A stretch of DNA of 63,959 nt. It comes from Cyanophora paradoxa CCMP329. Taxonomy: Eukaryota > Plantae > Glaucophyta. This document shows, piece after piece, positions 24,801 through 38,699 of the stretch (position 1 is its first letter; each line of letters starts with the position of its first letter). The stretch spans positions 1-63,959 of the forward strand of contig QPMI01000447.1 in assembly GCA_004431415.1 (NCBI GenBank), in the 5' to 3' direction. A model generated the notes under the pieces. It worked only from the letters and a program-made list of their open reading frames with translations. It did no database searches and was not told where the DNA came from. A program made the position numbers and the translations under genes.

Positions 24801-25519
24801 TGCAATTTGTTTGAAGTGCGCATGCGCACACAAACAAGATCTAGATTTGAATTACAATTACTTGTAACCTTTGGCCCCAGTGAAGGCCTTTAGTTGCAAT
24901 GGGACCGTCGGACGGGCAGCTAGCTATCATAGTATAGCCCAGTGTACCGCTTTTGAAGGTTCGAGAGAATCCGGCCAGCATATCATCGTCCCATCCGCTT
25001 AACATTTGCATCCCCCGCCATCCCGTCACAACCTTTAAACCGGCGATATCCATGTCGCAATCGGCAGCTGAAGCTGAATTTGCATTTTGATGATCATGAG
25101 CAGTTGCTGCAATCGTGAATACCCACCTTGTGAAATGACTGCTGACTGCTAGCGATGGCGCGAACGCGCAGACAGCCTTGGCCTACCGGTGCTGTGATCG
25201 CGATTAACATACATTGCGAGCTCGTGATCAATTATGGTGCGCCACTTCGGTCCTCCGTGCGAATAACCGAGATCCTTCCGATCGGAGCTAGATCTTCTAG
25301 ATCTAGCTATATAGATCTCCGGAGCTAGATCGGAGCGTGATCGACCGATATTATCCGATGATCCATGCTAGCAATCAATTTCAAGATCTAGCGCTAGTCG
25401 CCAGCGCCGCGAATCCGATTTTATTGTTGATATTAATACTGCAATGAATCTGCACCGAGCATACCATATGCATGATCCTGATCGACTTTCTCGGCCAGAC
25501 ACAATCGCGATCGATATCG

Positions 25520-28316
25520 ATGGCGAGGCCGATATCGATACCTGCAGCCTTGGCCTCGGCTGAATCCGGAGTGTTGATGGGGCCTTCTGCGAAACGACGT
25601 GCTTTGACCGCACCCGAGCACACCGTCGACCCAGACGTGAGCGTCGTTTTATACGTGGAACGTGTTATCGCGATATACGCGAATTCGAACTATTGATATT
25701 ATTCGCCGAGGCTGATTGTTTGGTCTTTGGTCGCAATTGGTCCGCGCCTCGCACGTGCAGATATCGACGGTGCCGGCAGTGCAGAGGGAGATTCGGGTGA
25801 CGCGGCTCGCGCTGGACATGCTGCTCTCTTCCCCCGCCGGTCTCAATGTTGAATCCCGCTTGGTGCTGGAGCTGAACAGCGCGAAGCTCGAATGCATCCT
25901 GCTGCTTCGGCGCGCCCTCATCAACGCCGGGCCCGGCTGCAGCTACATCGAGGTCCGCATCCGCCGCCGCCCCGCACGGCTCTAATTTTCCACGGGGATG
26001 CACGTGGCGCGGTTTCACCGAGATTTGATGCGCTTTCGTGCGGGTGAAACGCGCAGACGGACTTTCAGGGGGTGGCGGATCCGACGCTGATTCGGGAGCT
26101 GTGCGAGGCGGTTGGCGAGATGCGCTACCTCAGCGGTGCGAGCGTCTGCTTAGAGCTCGGCCCCCGAGGCCCCCGATTTCACATGACTCGTTCCCGTCCG
26201 CAATATTTATTCTCGTCGTGCAGCGTGGCGCGTGACGGACGCGGCGCTGTCTGCGGGGACCTGGCGCGCGGCCTGCAGGGCAGCGCGTCGACGCTGCTGC
26301 TCTCGCGGGTCAGCCTCTCCGCAGAGGGCATCGCGGACCTCTTCCGCCGCATGGAGAAGGCAACCTTCGCCAGCGTCTCTCTGCACGAGACGGAGTGCAC
26401 GCTCCAGCTCAAGAGTGCGCCCGGCCCCACACGCGGTCGCAAACGCACGCAGCGCGCACTGCAGCTCGACAGCTGCACGGAAGCTCACTTTCGTCCGCAT
26501 TCGGTGCAGGCCGGAGGCAGCGGGAGCCATCGGACGCCTGGTTTTCGCAGCTGCTCGAGCGGGCGGCGGGGCCGCGCGCAATCTGACGATCAAGAACTGC
26601 CGCGGCCTTGATGTGGGCGCGGTGCGGGCGCTCGCGCGGGCCCTCCACCGCCCCGGCTGCCATCTCGAGCACGTCGAGATATCGTGCGCGAGTTTTCGAA
26701 CATCCAATTCCTAGTGTCAGAGCTTAGGGCTCGCGCATGCGTTTAATTTACTGGTCATGACGATATTTAAAGGTGCAACGCTCCCGGGATGGAGCGAGCG
26801 TGGCGCGAGCTGGCGAGCGCATGCCAGGCAGTCCGCGCGATCGGCGCGAGTCCTCTCGCGGTTCGGTGAGTACTCGAGTGTCGCTCGCGCTTTTTCGCAC
26901 AGTATCGCGCATCGTCGTCGGGCGCTGGGTTCCGGTCTAGATCTGGCGACCGATGGATGGCGTGCGGCAGGTTGAATGGAAAGCCGCTGGAGGAGGCGAC
27001 TGCGATGCAGGAAGCTCCTACGACGACTGCGGCCGTTGCTGCAACGTACCCGGGACCGTCCGATTGCAAGCGGCCCGTTCCGCACTCGAGCAAAGGTGTG
27101 CTTGACATTTCGTCGCCCAGTCGCCTCGACGATTGTGCCTTGAGCCGTGCGCTGACATCGAGTTGCCCGCTTGCGATTGCGCAGGGCCTGGCGACGGCTC
27201 AAAATGCGGCGGCTCTGATTCGGCAGCCGTCAATGCTGGCAAACCCCGGCCGATCGATATGGCGATCGCTGCGACGGCGTCGGCCACACGTCCCGGTCCG
27301 CAATAATTTTAGCGATTCGCATTTCGAATATTTAATTATATATAAGTTCATATTCATTTCAATCTCGTGGACGCTCACGCGTCCGCTCAGGCACGTGCAT
27401 ACCGGATGGCGGCGCGCCACCGGTGTCGATCGCATGCGCAGCTGTGCAGACCGTCAGTTGCAAGCAGCAGCGCAAGCGGAGCCCGCCACCAGAGAAGCGG
27501 GCCCTCGCGGCTGCAAAGGGGCCGAAGCTGCTCAATGGGCCATCCGAACCGACTGAGAAGAGATCGAAGCCGGCGCCGGGGCGGATCGGGAAGCCGTCGA
27601 AGCGGCCGCGGGAGAAGGGCTGGGTGCCGTCCTGCGCGGACGCGGAGGGCCCGTACGACTTCCTCGGCCTCGTCCTCGACGCCATGCGCCGCAACGATGA
27701 CGCCAACGCCGACGCCGCCGGCGGCTTCTCGGGCTCAAGCTCCGACTCGGACCGCTGCCCGACGCCCGTCCTCGATCAGCCCTCCGCCGGCGCCGCCAAT
27801 GGCAAGGGTGCAGACAGCGAGCACCGACGGGCGACGGCCCCGCAAGCCCCAGCGACACAGGCAAGGCCCGCTGAGCATGCTTATTACAAGGCCAAGGCCG
27901 TCGACGTCGCGCCGGCGTATCCAAATGCATCTGCCAGCGTGAAACCAGCTGCAGCGGGGGCCATGCCACCGCCCCCAATCAGCTGCAGCCCACAGACGGC
28001 GGCGGCCGCTGCAACAGTCTCGGGCTCGCAGCGTGACAGTGCCGGCCAAGGCCCCGCTCCGCCGCCCCCGATGTGGATCCGGGTGCTGCGGCCGCCGTCC
28101 GCGGGGCCGGCGGCTGCGGTCGGGGGGGAGGCGCGGCGGGTGGAGGTGGAGTGGCGGGCGGGACTGGGGGCTGTGCTGGGGGCGGCGTCGGCGGCGCTGG
28201 GGGAGCGGGTGGTCGAGCTTTGGGACGGGGCCCTCAACGGCGTCGACGACGGCGCGCAGCTGCGCCCCGCCGGCCTCTACTTCGCCGTCACCCCCGCCGA
28301 CCTCGCCCGCGTTTAG
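25520..28316 (+). CDS. Same gene, array copy 2
   Basis: Near-identical to 19051-21828; the last exon is open over 27423-28316. Confidence 0.65.
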
Positions 28317-31300
28317 ATCGCAGGCGGGCTTAAGCTTCCGCCGCCGCATTTAAAATCGAAGTTGCCCGTAAGCTTCGAGCTTTGATCGATATCAGACCAT
28401 TATAATTACAAATGGTGCCATTATGATCAGCAGGGGCACTTTAAATTTGTGATAGTATAGCTAGCATCGCCTGTGCAGGCGCGTGATCTGTGTTGATGTA
28501 AATTTTAAAAAGAGGCTCCCCCTCCCCCCCCCTCCCCCCCTCCCCTCCCCCCCCCCCTGCGGGCTTGAATCACAAGACCGTTTAATTTGCTTATGCCATC
28601 CATTCGCAACCATAAATCCTTTTAGTCGGTATATATATTACTGTTCGACAGGAGTGAATAAGTACAGGATTGCAGTGCGAACTCATTTGATTTGCTCTTA
28701 TGGGTTTGCGAGCGGTAACGTCAACGCGTCCGGTCGATCGATGTCGTATTCTTTGCAGCCGTGCATATGCACGGTCATAATCGTGATCTGCAGCTGCGAT
28801 CCGGAGCTGTTCTAATTTCATGGGGTTGTTGCAACTATATTGCTATTGCCACGGCTTCGCCTCCACGCATTTACGACCAAACATTTGCGTATGCCATCCA
28901 TTCGCAACCATATACGTAAACGCTCTTAGGCAGTAACATACAATTTCTATTGCTGTTCGACAGTACTGAATTCTCGGAAGAAGTACAGGACTGCGGTGCG
29001 AACACATTCAAGCTGCATGCACGCATGGGTTTGCGAGCGTTAACCCGCAATGGTCCCGCATGCGCACTGCGGCAGTTTTTCGCAGTTTTTCCAGACTGTA
29101 CATGTCACAGTGTACGTATATATAGACATACGTAATCTGTATACGCGCCAGGTACCGGTGTACCCATGCGTACGTATGCAGCCGCTGAGCGCCGTGCGCG
29201 CGTACGTGGTGCCACGGTGGATCATGATTTTTTTTCCATGGCGAGTCCTATATATATCCGTATTCTAGTAGCTAGCTATAGTGGATATCGATCATGGAGC
29301 CGCGCGCGGCGCGCGTGTCCGGTCCTATGGGCCGTGTTCCGGTCGCATTCGATCGCGATTTCGAGGCCGCCGGGTATCGATATCCCGCAATTTGGGCAGG
29401 AAGCTTGTGCCTGCAACGGCGGCAGTGCAACCTAGCTATATATAGATATAGCCCGCAGGGCCACAGCCTGCATGCGCAGGCTGCGCGGCAGGCTGCATGC
29501 ACCGTGGCACGCGCACTGTCCAGGTCTCGGTCATGATATCATTGATATCGATATCGCCGAGTCGATATCGATGCGCATGCCACCGTACGCGTGGCACACT
29601 GCGCGGCAGTGCCGCAGTAATAGACTACTACCGGTACTAGTGCGCTGCCGCCGCGGCCCTGCGGGAGCCTGCGGCGCACTGCGGCGGCAGCTGCAGCGCT
29701 AGCTGGCAGCTGCAGCCTGCAGGCTGCATGCAGGCTGCAGCCTGCAGGCTGCAGCAGGCTGCAGCCTGCAGGCTGCAGTGCCTGCAGGCCGCGGGCCGGC
29801 GGCGGGCGCCCGGCGCCCGCGGCCGGCTGCGGCGGCCCGCATGTCTGCAGCGCTAGCGTGCCAGTGACGTCGACTGGCCGCGGCCGTCTAGATCTAGATC
29901 TGTGGCCTCAGTGGACTCCCCCGGGAGAGTCCCCCGGGACTCCCCCCCCCCCTTCTTTTTTCGGTGCCCAAGCGGCCGGAAAAACAACCGGTACCGGCAA
30001 TGGTCCGGCATTCGAAATGTACACGAAAACGATTTAATTTACATTGGAAGAAATATTGAGACGTATAAATGCATGAGCATTTTAATTACACAGTTGCATA
30101 CATATATATGGTGTTTGATGATCAAGTATATACAAGTATATATAGACATTATAATCAGAAGTGAATATATTTTTAACGACCCAGATTAATATTACCGAAA
30201 CCTCTGTACCCTGCGCCGGCGCTGCTTACGTAAGAACCAGCTGGCCAGCTGTAACTGAATCGTGATCCTACGAGGCTGCCTCAGAGTCAGTGCAGCAACT
30301 TCCGCTCCCGGCCCGGCCCCGCACACGACTCCGGACTCCGGAGCTACGTATACTAGGCTACGCGCGCGGTCACGCAGTTGTCGCCTTCAAAGTTCTCATC
30401 TGGCCTCGAGCTCAGCGGTGCCACGGTGAGCTGCTTAGAGCCCGAACTGCCCGCCGGGCGCGCTGGCCGTCCTGCGGCCCAGCACCGGGCGCGGCCTGGG
30501 CGGGCCACCGGCTTGCAACCTGCAACATATGCGTTGCCGAGCTGACGGCCCGGGCAGGTGCGAGTAGCATCCGTCGATAGGTCCGGCTACTCCGGGCAGT
30601 CCACAGCGCCAGCGCTCCCTCCGAGGACCGCCAGCTCGACATCGGCACGCGTGCACCGTGGCGCTCCGGCCGGCGACAAATCCATCCAAGGCGGCGGATT
30701 TCAACCCAACGACTCTGCTCGAGTGAGCTGCTCTGCCTGCTAGGCAGACCCAAAAGCTTGCAATCGCAGCGCGTGGCGCCCAAGAGGCACCCGACATCAC
30801 GCTTACGTGCTGAATCCTTTCCCGCCGGCGCCTAGCAGGCCTAGGCCCGGCCTCCGATCGCGACTGCGCGCAAAGCATTTTCCCGCAAAGCTCGTCACTC
30901 AGCGAGGTGCGCTTCAGTTCCCGACTGGCCCGCGCTGGTTGACTTCTATAATTGCGATCGGCCCCTGCTGCTAGCCTATAGCTATAGCCAGCTATAGGCC
31001 GCGGGCCTTCAGATCAGCGAGAAGCCGATAATTGCCAGATGCAGCTTGGGCTCGCGCTAACTCGGAAACAATTACAATTAATATAAAAGTACTAGTACTA
31101 GCTATCATAGTACAGTATTAGTAAGGAGTAACTTAGTAAACATCGCACGCTAGGCGTGCGAATGTCGTCTGGCTTACATTTATTTTCATCACCAGCTGGA
31201 AACCTACCACTAGGCCTGAAGGGAGGAGAGTCGTCAAGTTCAACGGCGGTCTCGACAGCCGGGCAGACCGTCTGTCGACGCCAATCTGCAAAGAAAGCTT

Positions 31301-32042
31301 TAAGGTGCATGCCGTGCACGTGTGCAATTTGTTTTGAAGTGCGCATGCGCACACAAACAAGATCTAGATTTGAATTACAATTACTTGTAACCTTTGGCCC
31401 CAGTGAAGGCCTTTAGTTGCAATGGGACCGTCGGACGGGCAGCTAGCTATCATAGTATAGCCCAGTGCACCGCTTTTGAAGGTTCGAGAGAATCCGGCCA
31501 GCATATCATCGTCCCATCCGCTTAACATTTGCATCCCCCGCCATCCCGTCACAACCTTTAAACCGGCGATATCCATGTCGCAATCGGCAGCTGAAGCTGA
31601 ATTTGCATTTTGATGATCATGAGCAGTTGCTGCAATCGTGAATACCCACCTTGTGAAATGACTGCTGACTGCTAGCGATGGCACGAACGCGCAGACAGCC
31701 TTGGCCTACCGGTGCTGTGATCGCGATTAACATACATTGCGAGCTCGTGATCAATTATGGTGCGCCACTTCGGTCCTCCGTGCGAATAACCGAGATCCTT
31801 CCGATCGGAGCTAGATCTTCTAGATCTAGCTATATAGATCTCCGGAGCTAGATCGGAGCGTGATCGACCGATATTATCCGATGATCCATGCTAGCAATCA
31901 ATTTCAAGATCTAGCGCTAGTCGCCAGCGCCGCGAATCCGATTTTATTGTTGATATTAATACTGCAATGAATCTGCACCGAGCATACCATATGCATGATC
32001 CTGATCGACTTTCTCGGCCAGACACAATCGCGATCGATATCG

Positions 32043-32580
32043 ATGGCGAGGCCGATATCGATACCTGCAGCCTTGGCCTCGGCTGAATCCGGAGTGTTGA
32101 TGGGCCTTCTGCGAAACGACGTGCTTTGACCGCACCCGAGCACACCGTCGACCCAGACGTGAGCGTCGTTTTATACGTGGAACGTGTTATCGCGATATAC
32201 GCGAATTCGAACTATTGATATTATTCGCCGAGGCTGATTGTTTGGTCTTTGGTCGCAATTGGTCCGCGCCTCGCACGTGCAGATATCGACGGTGCCGGCA
32301 GTGCAGAGGGAGATTCGGGTGACGCGGCTCGCGCTGGACATGCTGCTCTCTTCCCCCGCCGGTCTCAATGTTGAATCCCGCTTGGTGCTGGAGCTGAACA
32401 GCGCGAAGCTCGAATGCATCCTGCTGCTTCGGCGCGCCCTCATCAACGCCGGGCCCGGCTGCAGCTACATCGAGGTCCGCATCCGCCGCCGCCCCGCACG
32501 GCTCTAATTTTCCACGGGGATGCACGTGGCGCGGTTTCACCGAGATTTGATGCGCTTTCGTGCGGGTGAAACGCGCAGAC
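32043..32580 (+). pseudogene. Same gene, array copy 3, truncated by a ~3-kb deletion
   Basis: The junction GCGCAGAC|ATGCGCACTG at 32580 joins the positions equivalent to U2 ~26058 and ~29060. Confidence 0.85.
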
Positions 32581-35569
32581 ATGCGCACTGCGGCAGTTTT
32601 TCGCAGTTTTTCCAGACTGTACATGTCACAGTGTACGTATATATAGACATACGTAATCTGTATACGCGCCAGGTACCGGTGTACCCATGCGTACGTATGC
32701 AGCCGCTGAGCGCCGTGCGCGCGTACGTGGTGCCACGGTGGATCATGTTTTTTTTTCCATGGCGAGTCCTATATATATCCGTATTCTAGTAGCTAGCTAT
32801 AGTGGATATCGATCATGGAGCCGCGCGCGGCGCGCGTGTCCGGTCCTATGGGCCGTGTTCCGGTCGCATTCGATCGCGATTTCGAGGCCGCCGGGTATCG
32901 ATATCCCGCAATTTGGGCAGGAAGCTTGTGCCTGCAACGGCGGCAGTGCAACCTAGCTATATATAGATATAGCCCGCAGGGCCACAGCCTGCATGCGCAG
33001 GCTGCGCGGCAGGCTGCATGCACCGTGGCACGCGCACTGTCCAGGTCTCGGTCATGATATCATTGATATCGATATCGCCGAGTCGATATCGATGCGCATG
33101 CCACCGTACGCGTGGCACACTGCGCGGCAGTGCCGCAGTAATAGACTACTACCGGTACTAGTGCGCTGCCGCCGCGGCCCTGCGGGAGCCTGCGGCGCAC
33201 TGCGGCGGCAGCTGCAGCGCTAGCTGGCAGCTCCAGCCTGCAGGCTGCATGCAGGCTGCAGCCTGCAGGCTGCAGCAGGCTGCAGCCTGCAGGCTGCAGT
33301 GCCTGCAGGCCGCGGGCCGGCGGCGGGCGCCCGGCGCCCGCGGCCGGCTGCGGCGGCCCGCATGTCTGCAGCGCTAGCGTGCCAGTGACGTCGACTGGCC
33401 GCGGCCGTCTAGATCTAGATCTGTGGCCTCAGTGGACTCCCCCGGGAGAGTCCCCCGGGACTCCCCCCCCCCTTCTTTTTTCGGTGCCCAAGCGGCCGGA
33501 AAAACAACCGGTACCGGCAATGGTCCGGCATTCGAAATGTACACGAAAACGATTTAATTTACATTGGAAGAAATATTGAGACGTATAAATGCATGAGCAT
33601 TTTAATTACACAGTTGCATACATATATATGGTGTTTGATGATCAAGTATATACAAGTATATATAGACATTATAATCAGAAGTGAATATATTTTTAACGAC
33701 CCAGATTAATATTACCGAAACCTCTGTACCCTGCGCCGGCGCTGCTTACGTAAGAACCAGCTGGCCAGCTGTAACTGAATCGTGATCCTACGAGGCTGCC
33801 TCAGAGTCAGTGCAGCAACTTCCGCTCCCGGCCCGGCCCCGCACACGACTCCGGACTCCGGAGCTACGTATACTAGGCTACGCGCGCGGTCACGCAGTTG
33901 TCGCCTTCAAAGTTCTCATCTGCATGCTGGCCTCGAGCTCAGCGGTGCCACGGTGAGCTGCTTAGAGCCCGACCTGCCCGCCGGGCGCGCTGGCCGTCCT
34001 GCGGCCCAGCACCGGGCGCGGCCTGGGCGGGCCACCGGCTTGCAACCTGCAACATATGCGTTGCCGAGCTGACGGCCCGGGCAGGTGCGAGTAGCATCCG
34101 TCGATAGGTCCGGCTACTCCGGGCAGTCCACAGCGCCAGCGCTCCCTCCGAGGACCGCCAGCTCGACATCGGCACGCGTGCACCGTGGCGCTCCGGCCGG
34201 CGACAAATCCATCCAAGGCGGCGGATTTCAACCCAACGACTCTGCTCGAGTGAGCTGCTCTGCCTGCTAGGCAGACCCAAAAGCTTGCAATCGCAGCGCG
34301 TGGCGCCCAAGAGGCACCCGACATCACGCTTACGTGCTGAATCCTTTCCCGCCGGCGCCTAGCAGGCCTAGGCCCGGCCTCCGATCGCGACTGCGCGCAA
34401 AGCATTTTCCCGCAAAGCTCGTCACTCAGCGAGGTGCGCTTCAGTTCCCGACTGGCCCGCGCTGGTTGACTTCTATAATTGCGATCGGCCCCTGCTGCTA
34501 GCCTATAGCTATAGCCAGCTATAGGCCGCGGGCCTTCAGATCAGCGAGAAGCCGATAATTGCCAGATGCAGCTTGGGCTCGCGCTAACTCGGAAACAATT
34601 ACAATTAATATAAAAGTACTAGTACTAGCTATCATAGTACAGTATTAGTAAGGAGTAACTTAGTAAACATCGCACGCTAGGCGTGCGAATGTCGTCTGGC
34701 TTACATTTATTTTCATCACCAGCTGGAAACCTACCACTAGGCCTGAAGGGAGGAGAGTCGTCAAGTTCAACGGCGGTCTCGACAGCCGGGCAGACCGTCT
34801 GTCGACGCCAATCTGCAAAGAAAGCTTTAAGGTGCATGCCGTGCACGTGTGCAATTTGTTTTGAAGTGCGCATGCGCACACAAACAAGATCTAGATTTGA
34901 ATTACAATTACTTGTAACCTTTGGCCCCAGTGAAGGCCTTTAGTTGCAATGGGACCGTCGGACGGGCAGCTAGCTATCATAGTATAGCCCAGTGCACCGC
35001 TTTTGAAGGTTCGAGAGAATCCGGCCAGCATATCATCGTCCCATCCGCTTAACATTTGCATCCCCCGCCATCCCGTCACAACCTTTAAACCGGCGATATC
35101 CATGTCGCAATCGGCAGCTGAAGCTGAATTTGCATTTTGATGATCATGAGCAGTTGCTGCAATCGTGAATACCCACCTTGTGAAATGACTGCTGACTGCT
35201 AGCGATGGCACGAACGCGCAGACAGCCTTGGCCTACCGGTGCTGTGATCGCGATTAACATACATTGCGAGCTCGTGATCAATTATGGTGCGCCACTTCGG
35301 TCCTCCGTGCGAATAACCGAGATCCTTCCGATCGGAGCTAGATCTTCTAGATCTAGCTATATAGATCTCCGGAGCTAGATCGGAGCGTGATCGACCGATA
35401 TTATCCGATGATCCATGCTAGCAATCAATTTCAAGATCTAGCGCTAGTCGCCAGCGCCGCGAATCCGATTTTATTGTTGATATTAATACTGCAATGAATC
35501 TGCACCGAGCATACCATATGCATGATCCTGATCGACTTTCTCGGCCAGACACAATCGCGATCGATATCG

Positions 35570-38366
35570 ATGGCGAGGCCGATATCGATACCTGCAGCCT
35601 TGGCCTCGGCTGAATCCGGAGTGTTGATGGGGCCTTCTGCGAAACGACGTGCTTTGACCGCACCCGAGCACACCGTCGACCCAGACGTGAGCGTCGTTTT
35701 ATACGTGGAACGTGTTATCGCGATATACGCGAATTCGAACTATTGATATTATTCGCCGAGGCTGATTGTTTGGTCTTTGGTCGCAATTGGTCCGCGCCTC
35801 GCACGTGCAGATATCGACGGTGCCGGCAGTGCAGAGGGAGATTCGGGTGACGCGGCTCGCGCTGGACATGCTGCTCTCTGCCACCGCCGGTCTCAACGTC
35901 GACTCCCGCTTGGTGCTGGAGCTGAACAGCGCGAAGCTCGAATGCATCCTGCTGCTTCGGCGCGCCCTCATCAACGCCGGGCCCGGCTGCAGCTACATCG
36001 AGGTCCGCATCCGCCGCCGCCCCGCACGGCTCTAATTTTCCACGGGGATGCACGTGGCGCGGTTTCACCGAGATTTGATGCGCTTTCGTGCGGGTGAAAC
36101 GCGCAGACGGACTTTCAGGGGGTGGCGGATCCGACGCTGATTCGGGAGCTGTGCGAGGCGGTTGGCGAGATGCGCTACCTCAGCGGTGCGAGCGTCTGCT
36201 TAGAGCTCGGCCCCCGAGGCCCCCGATTTCACATGACTCGTTCCCGTCCGCAATATTTATTCTCGTCGTGCAGCGTGGCGCGTGACGGACGCGGCGCTGT
36301 CTGCGGGGGACCTGGCGCGCGGCCTGCAGGGCAGCGCGTCGACGCTGCTGCTCTCGCGGGTCAGCCTCTCCGCAGAGGGCATCGCGGACCTCTTCCGCCG
36401 CATGGAGAAGGCAACCTTCGCCAGCGTCTCTCTGCACGAGACGGAGTGCACGCTCCAGCTCAAGAGTGCGCCCGGCCCCACACGCGGTCGCAAACGCACG
36501 CAGCGCGCACTGCAGCTCGACAGCTGCACGGAAGCTCACTTTCGTCCGCATTCGGTGCAGGCCGGAGGCAGCGGGAGCCATCGGACGCCTGGTTTTCGCA
36601 GCTGCTCGAGCGGGCGGCGGGGGCCGCGCGCAATCTGACGATCAAGAACTGCCGCGGCCTTGATGTGGGCGCGGTGCGGGCGCTCGCGCGGGCCCTCCAC
36701 CGCCCCGGCTGCCATCTCGAGCACGTCGAGATATCGTGCGCGAGTTTTCGAACATCCAATTCCTAGTGTCAGAGCTTAGGGCTCGCGCATGCGTTTAATT
36801 TACTGGTCATGACGATATTTAAAGGTGCAACGCTCCCGGGATGGAGCGAGCGTGGCGCGAGCTGGCGAGCGCATGCCAGGCAGTCCGCGCGATCGGCGCG
36901 AGTCCTCTCGCGGTTCGGTGAGTACTCGAGTGTCGCTCGCGCTTTTTCGCACAGTATCGCGCATCGTCGTCGGGCGCTGGGTTCCGGTCTAGATCTGGCG
37001 ACCGATGGATGGCGTGCGGCAGGTTGAATGGAAAGCCGCTGGAGGAGGCGACTGCGATGCAGGAAGCTCCTACGACGACTGCGGCCGTTGCTGCAACGTA
37101 CCCGGGACCGTCCGATTGCAAGCGGCCCGTTCCGCACTCGAGCAAAGGTGTGCTTGACATTTCGTCGCCCAGTCGCCTCGACGATTGTGCCTTGAGCCGT
37201 GCGCTGACATCGAGTTGCCCGCTTGCGATTGCGCAGGGCCTGGCGACGGCTCAAAATGCGGCGGCTCTGATTCGGCAGCCGTCAATGCTGGCAAACCCCG
37301 GCCGATCGATATGGCGATCGCTGCGACGGCGTCGGCCACACGTCCCGGTCCGCAATAATTTTAGCGATTCGCATTTCGAATATTTAATTATATAAGTTCA
37401 TATTCATTTCAATCTCGTGGACGCTCACGCGTCCGCTCAGGCACGTGCATACCGGATGGCGGCGCGCCACCGGTGTCGATCGCATGCGCAGCTGTGCAGA
37501 CCGTCAGTTGCAAGCAGCAGCGCAAGCGGAGCCCGCCACCAGAGAAGCGGGCCCTCGCGGCTGCAAAGGGGCCGAAGCTGCTCAATGGGCCATCCGAACC
37601 GACTGAGAAGAGATCGAAGCCGGCGCCGGGGCGGATCGGGAAGCCGTCGAAGCGGCCGCGGGAGAAGGGCTGGGTGCCGTCCTGCGCGGACGCGGAGGGC
37701 CCGTACGACTTCCTCGGCCTCGTCCTCGACGCCATGCGCCGCAACGATGACGCCAACGCCGACGCCGCCGGCGGCTTCTCGGGCTCAAGCTCCGACTCGG
37801 ACCGCTGCCCGACGCCCGTCCTCGATCAGCCCTCCGCCGGCGCCGCCAATGGCAAGGGTGCAGACAGCGAGCACCGACGGGCGACGGCCCCGCAAGCCCC
37901 AGCGACACAGGCGAGGCCCGCTGATCAGGCTTATTACAAGGCCAAGGCCGTCGACGTCGCGCCGGCGTATCCAAATGCATCTGCCAGCGTGAAACCAGCT
38001 GCAGCGGGGGCCATGCCACCGCCCCCAATCAGCTGCAGCCCACAGACGGCGGCGGCCGCTGCGACAGTCTCGGGCTCGCAGCGTGACAGTGCCGGCCAAG
38101 GCCCCGCTCCGCCGCCCCCGATGTGGATCCGGGTGCTGCGGCCGCCGTCCGCGGGGCCGGCGGCTGCGGCGGCAGGGGAGGCGCGGCGGGTGGAAGTGCG
38201 ATGGCGGGCGGGACTGGGGGCGGTGCTGGGGGCGGCGTCGGCGGCGCTGGGGGAGCGGGTGGTCGAGCTTTGGGACGGGGCCCTCAACGGCGTCGACGAC
38301 GGCGCGCAGCTGCGCCCCGCCGGCCTCTACTTCGCCGTCACCCCCGCCGACCTCGCCCGCGTTTAG
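35570..38366 (+). CDS. Same gene, array copy 4 (mosaic allele, diverged 3' end)
   Basis: Last exon open over 37473-38366, with substitutions (RPADQAYY, VEVRWRAG). Confidence 0.65.
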
Positions 38367-38699
38367 ATCGCAGGCGGGCTTAAGCTTCCGCCGCCGCATT
38401 TCAAATCGAAGTTGCCCGTAAGCTTCGAGCTTTGATCGATATCAGACCATTATAATTACAAATGGTGCCATCATGATCAGCAGGAGCACTTTAAATTTAT
38501 GATAGTATAGCTAGCATCGCCTGTGCAGGCGCGTGATCTGTGTTGATGTAAATTTTAAAAAGAGGCTCTCCCCCCATGGCCACGCGGGCTTGAATCACAA
38601 GCTCAAGACCGTTTGCTTATGCCATCCATTCGCAACCATAAACACTTTTAGTCGGTACAATGAATTCAATTACTATTCGACAGGATCGAATGAATAAGT

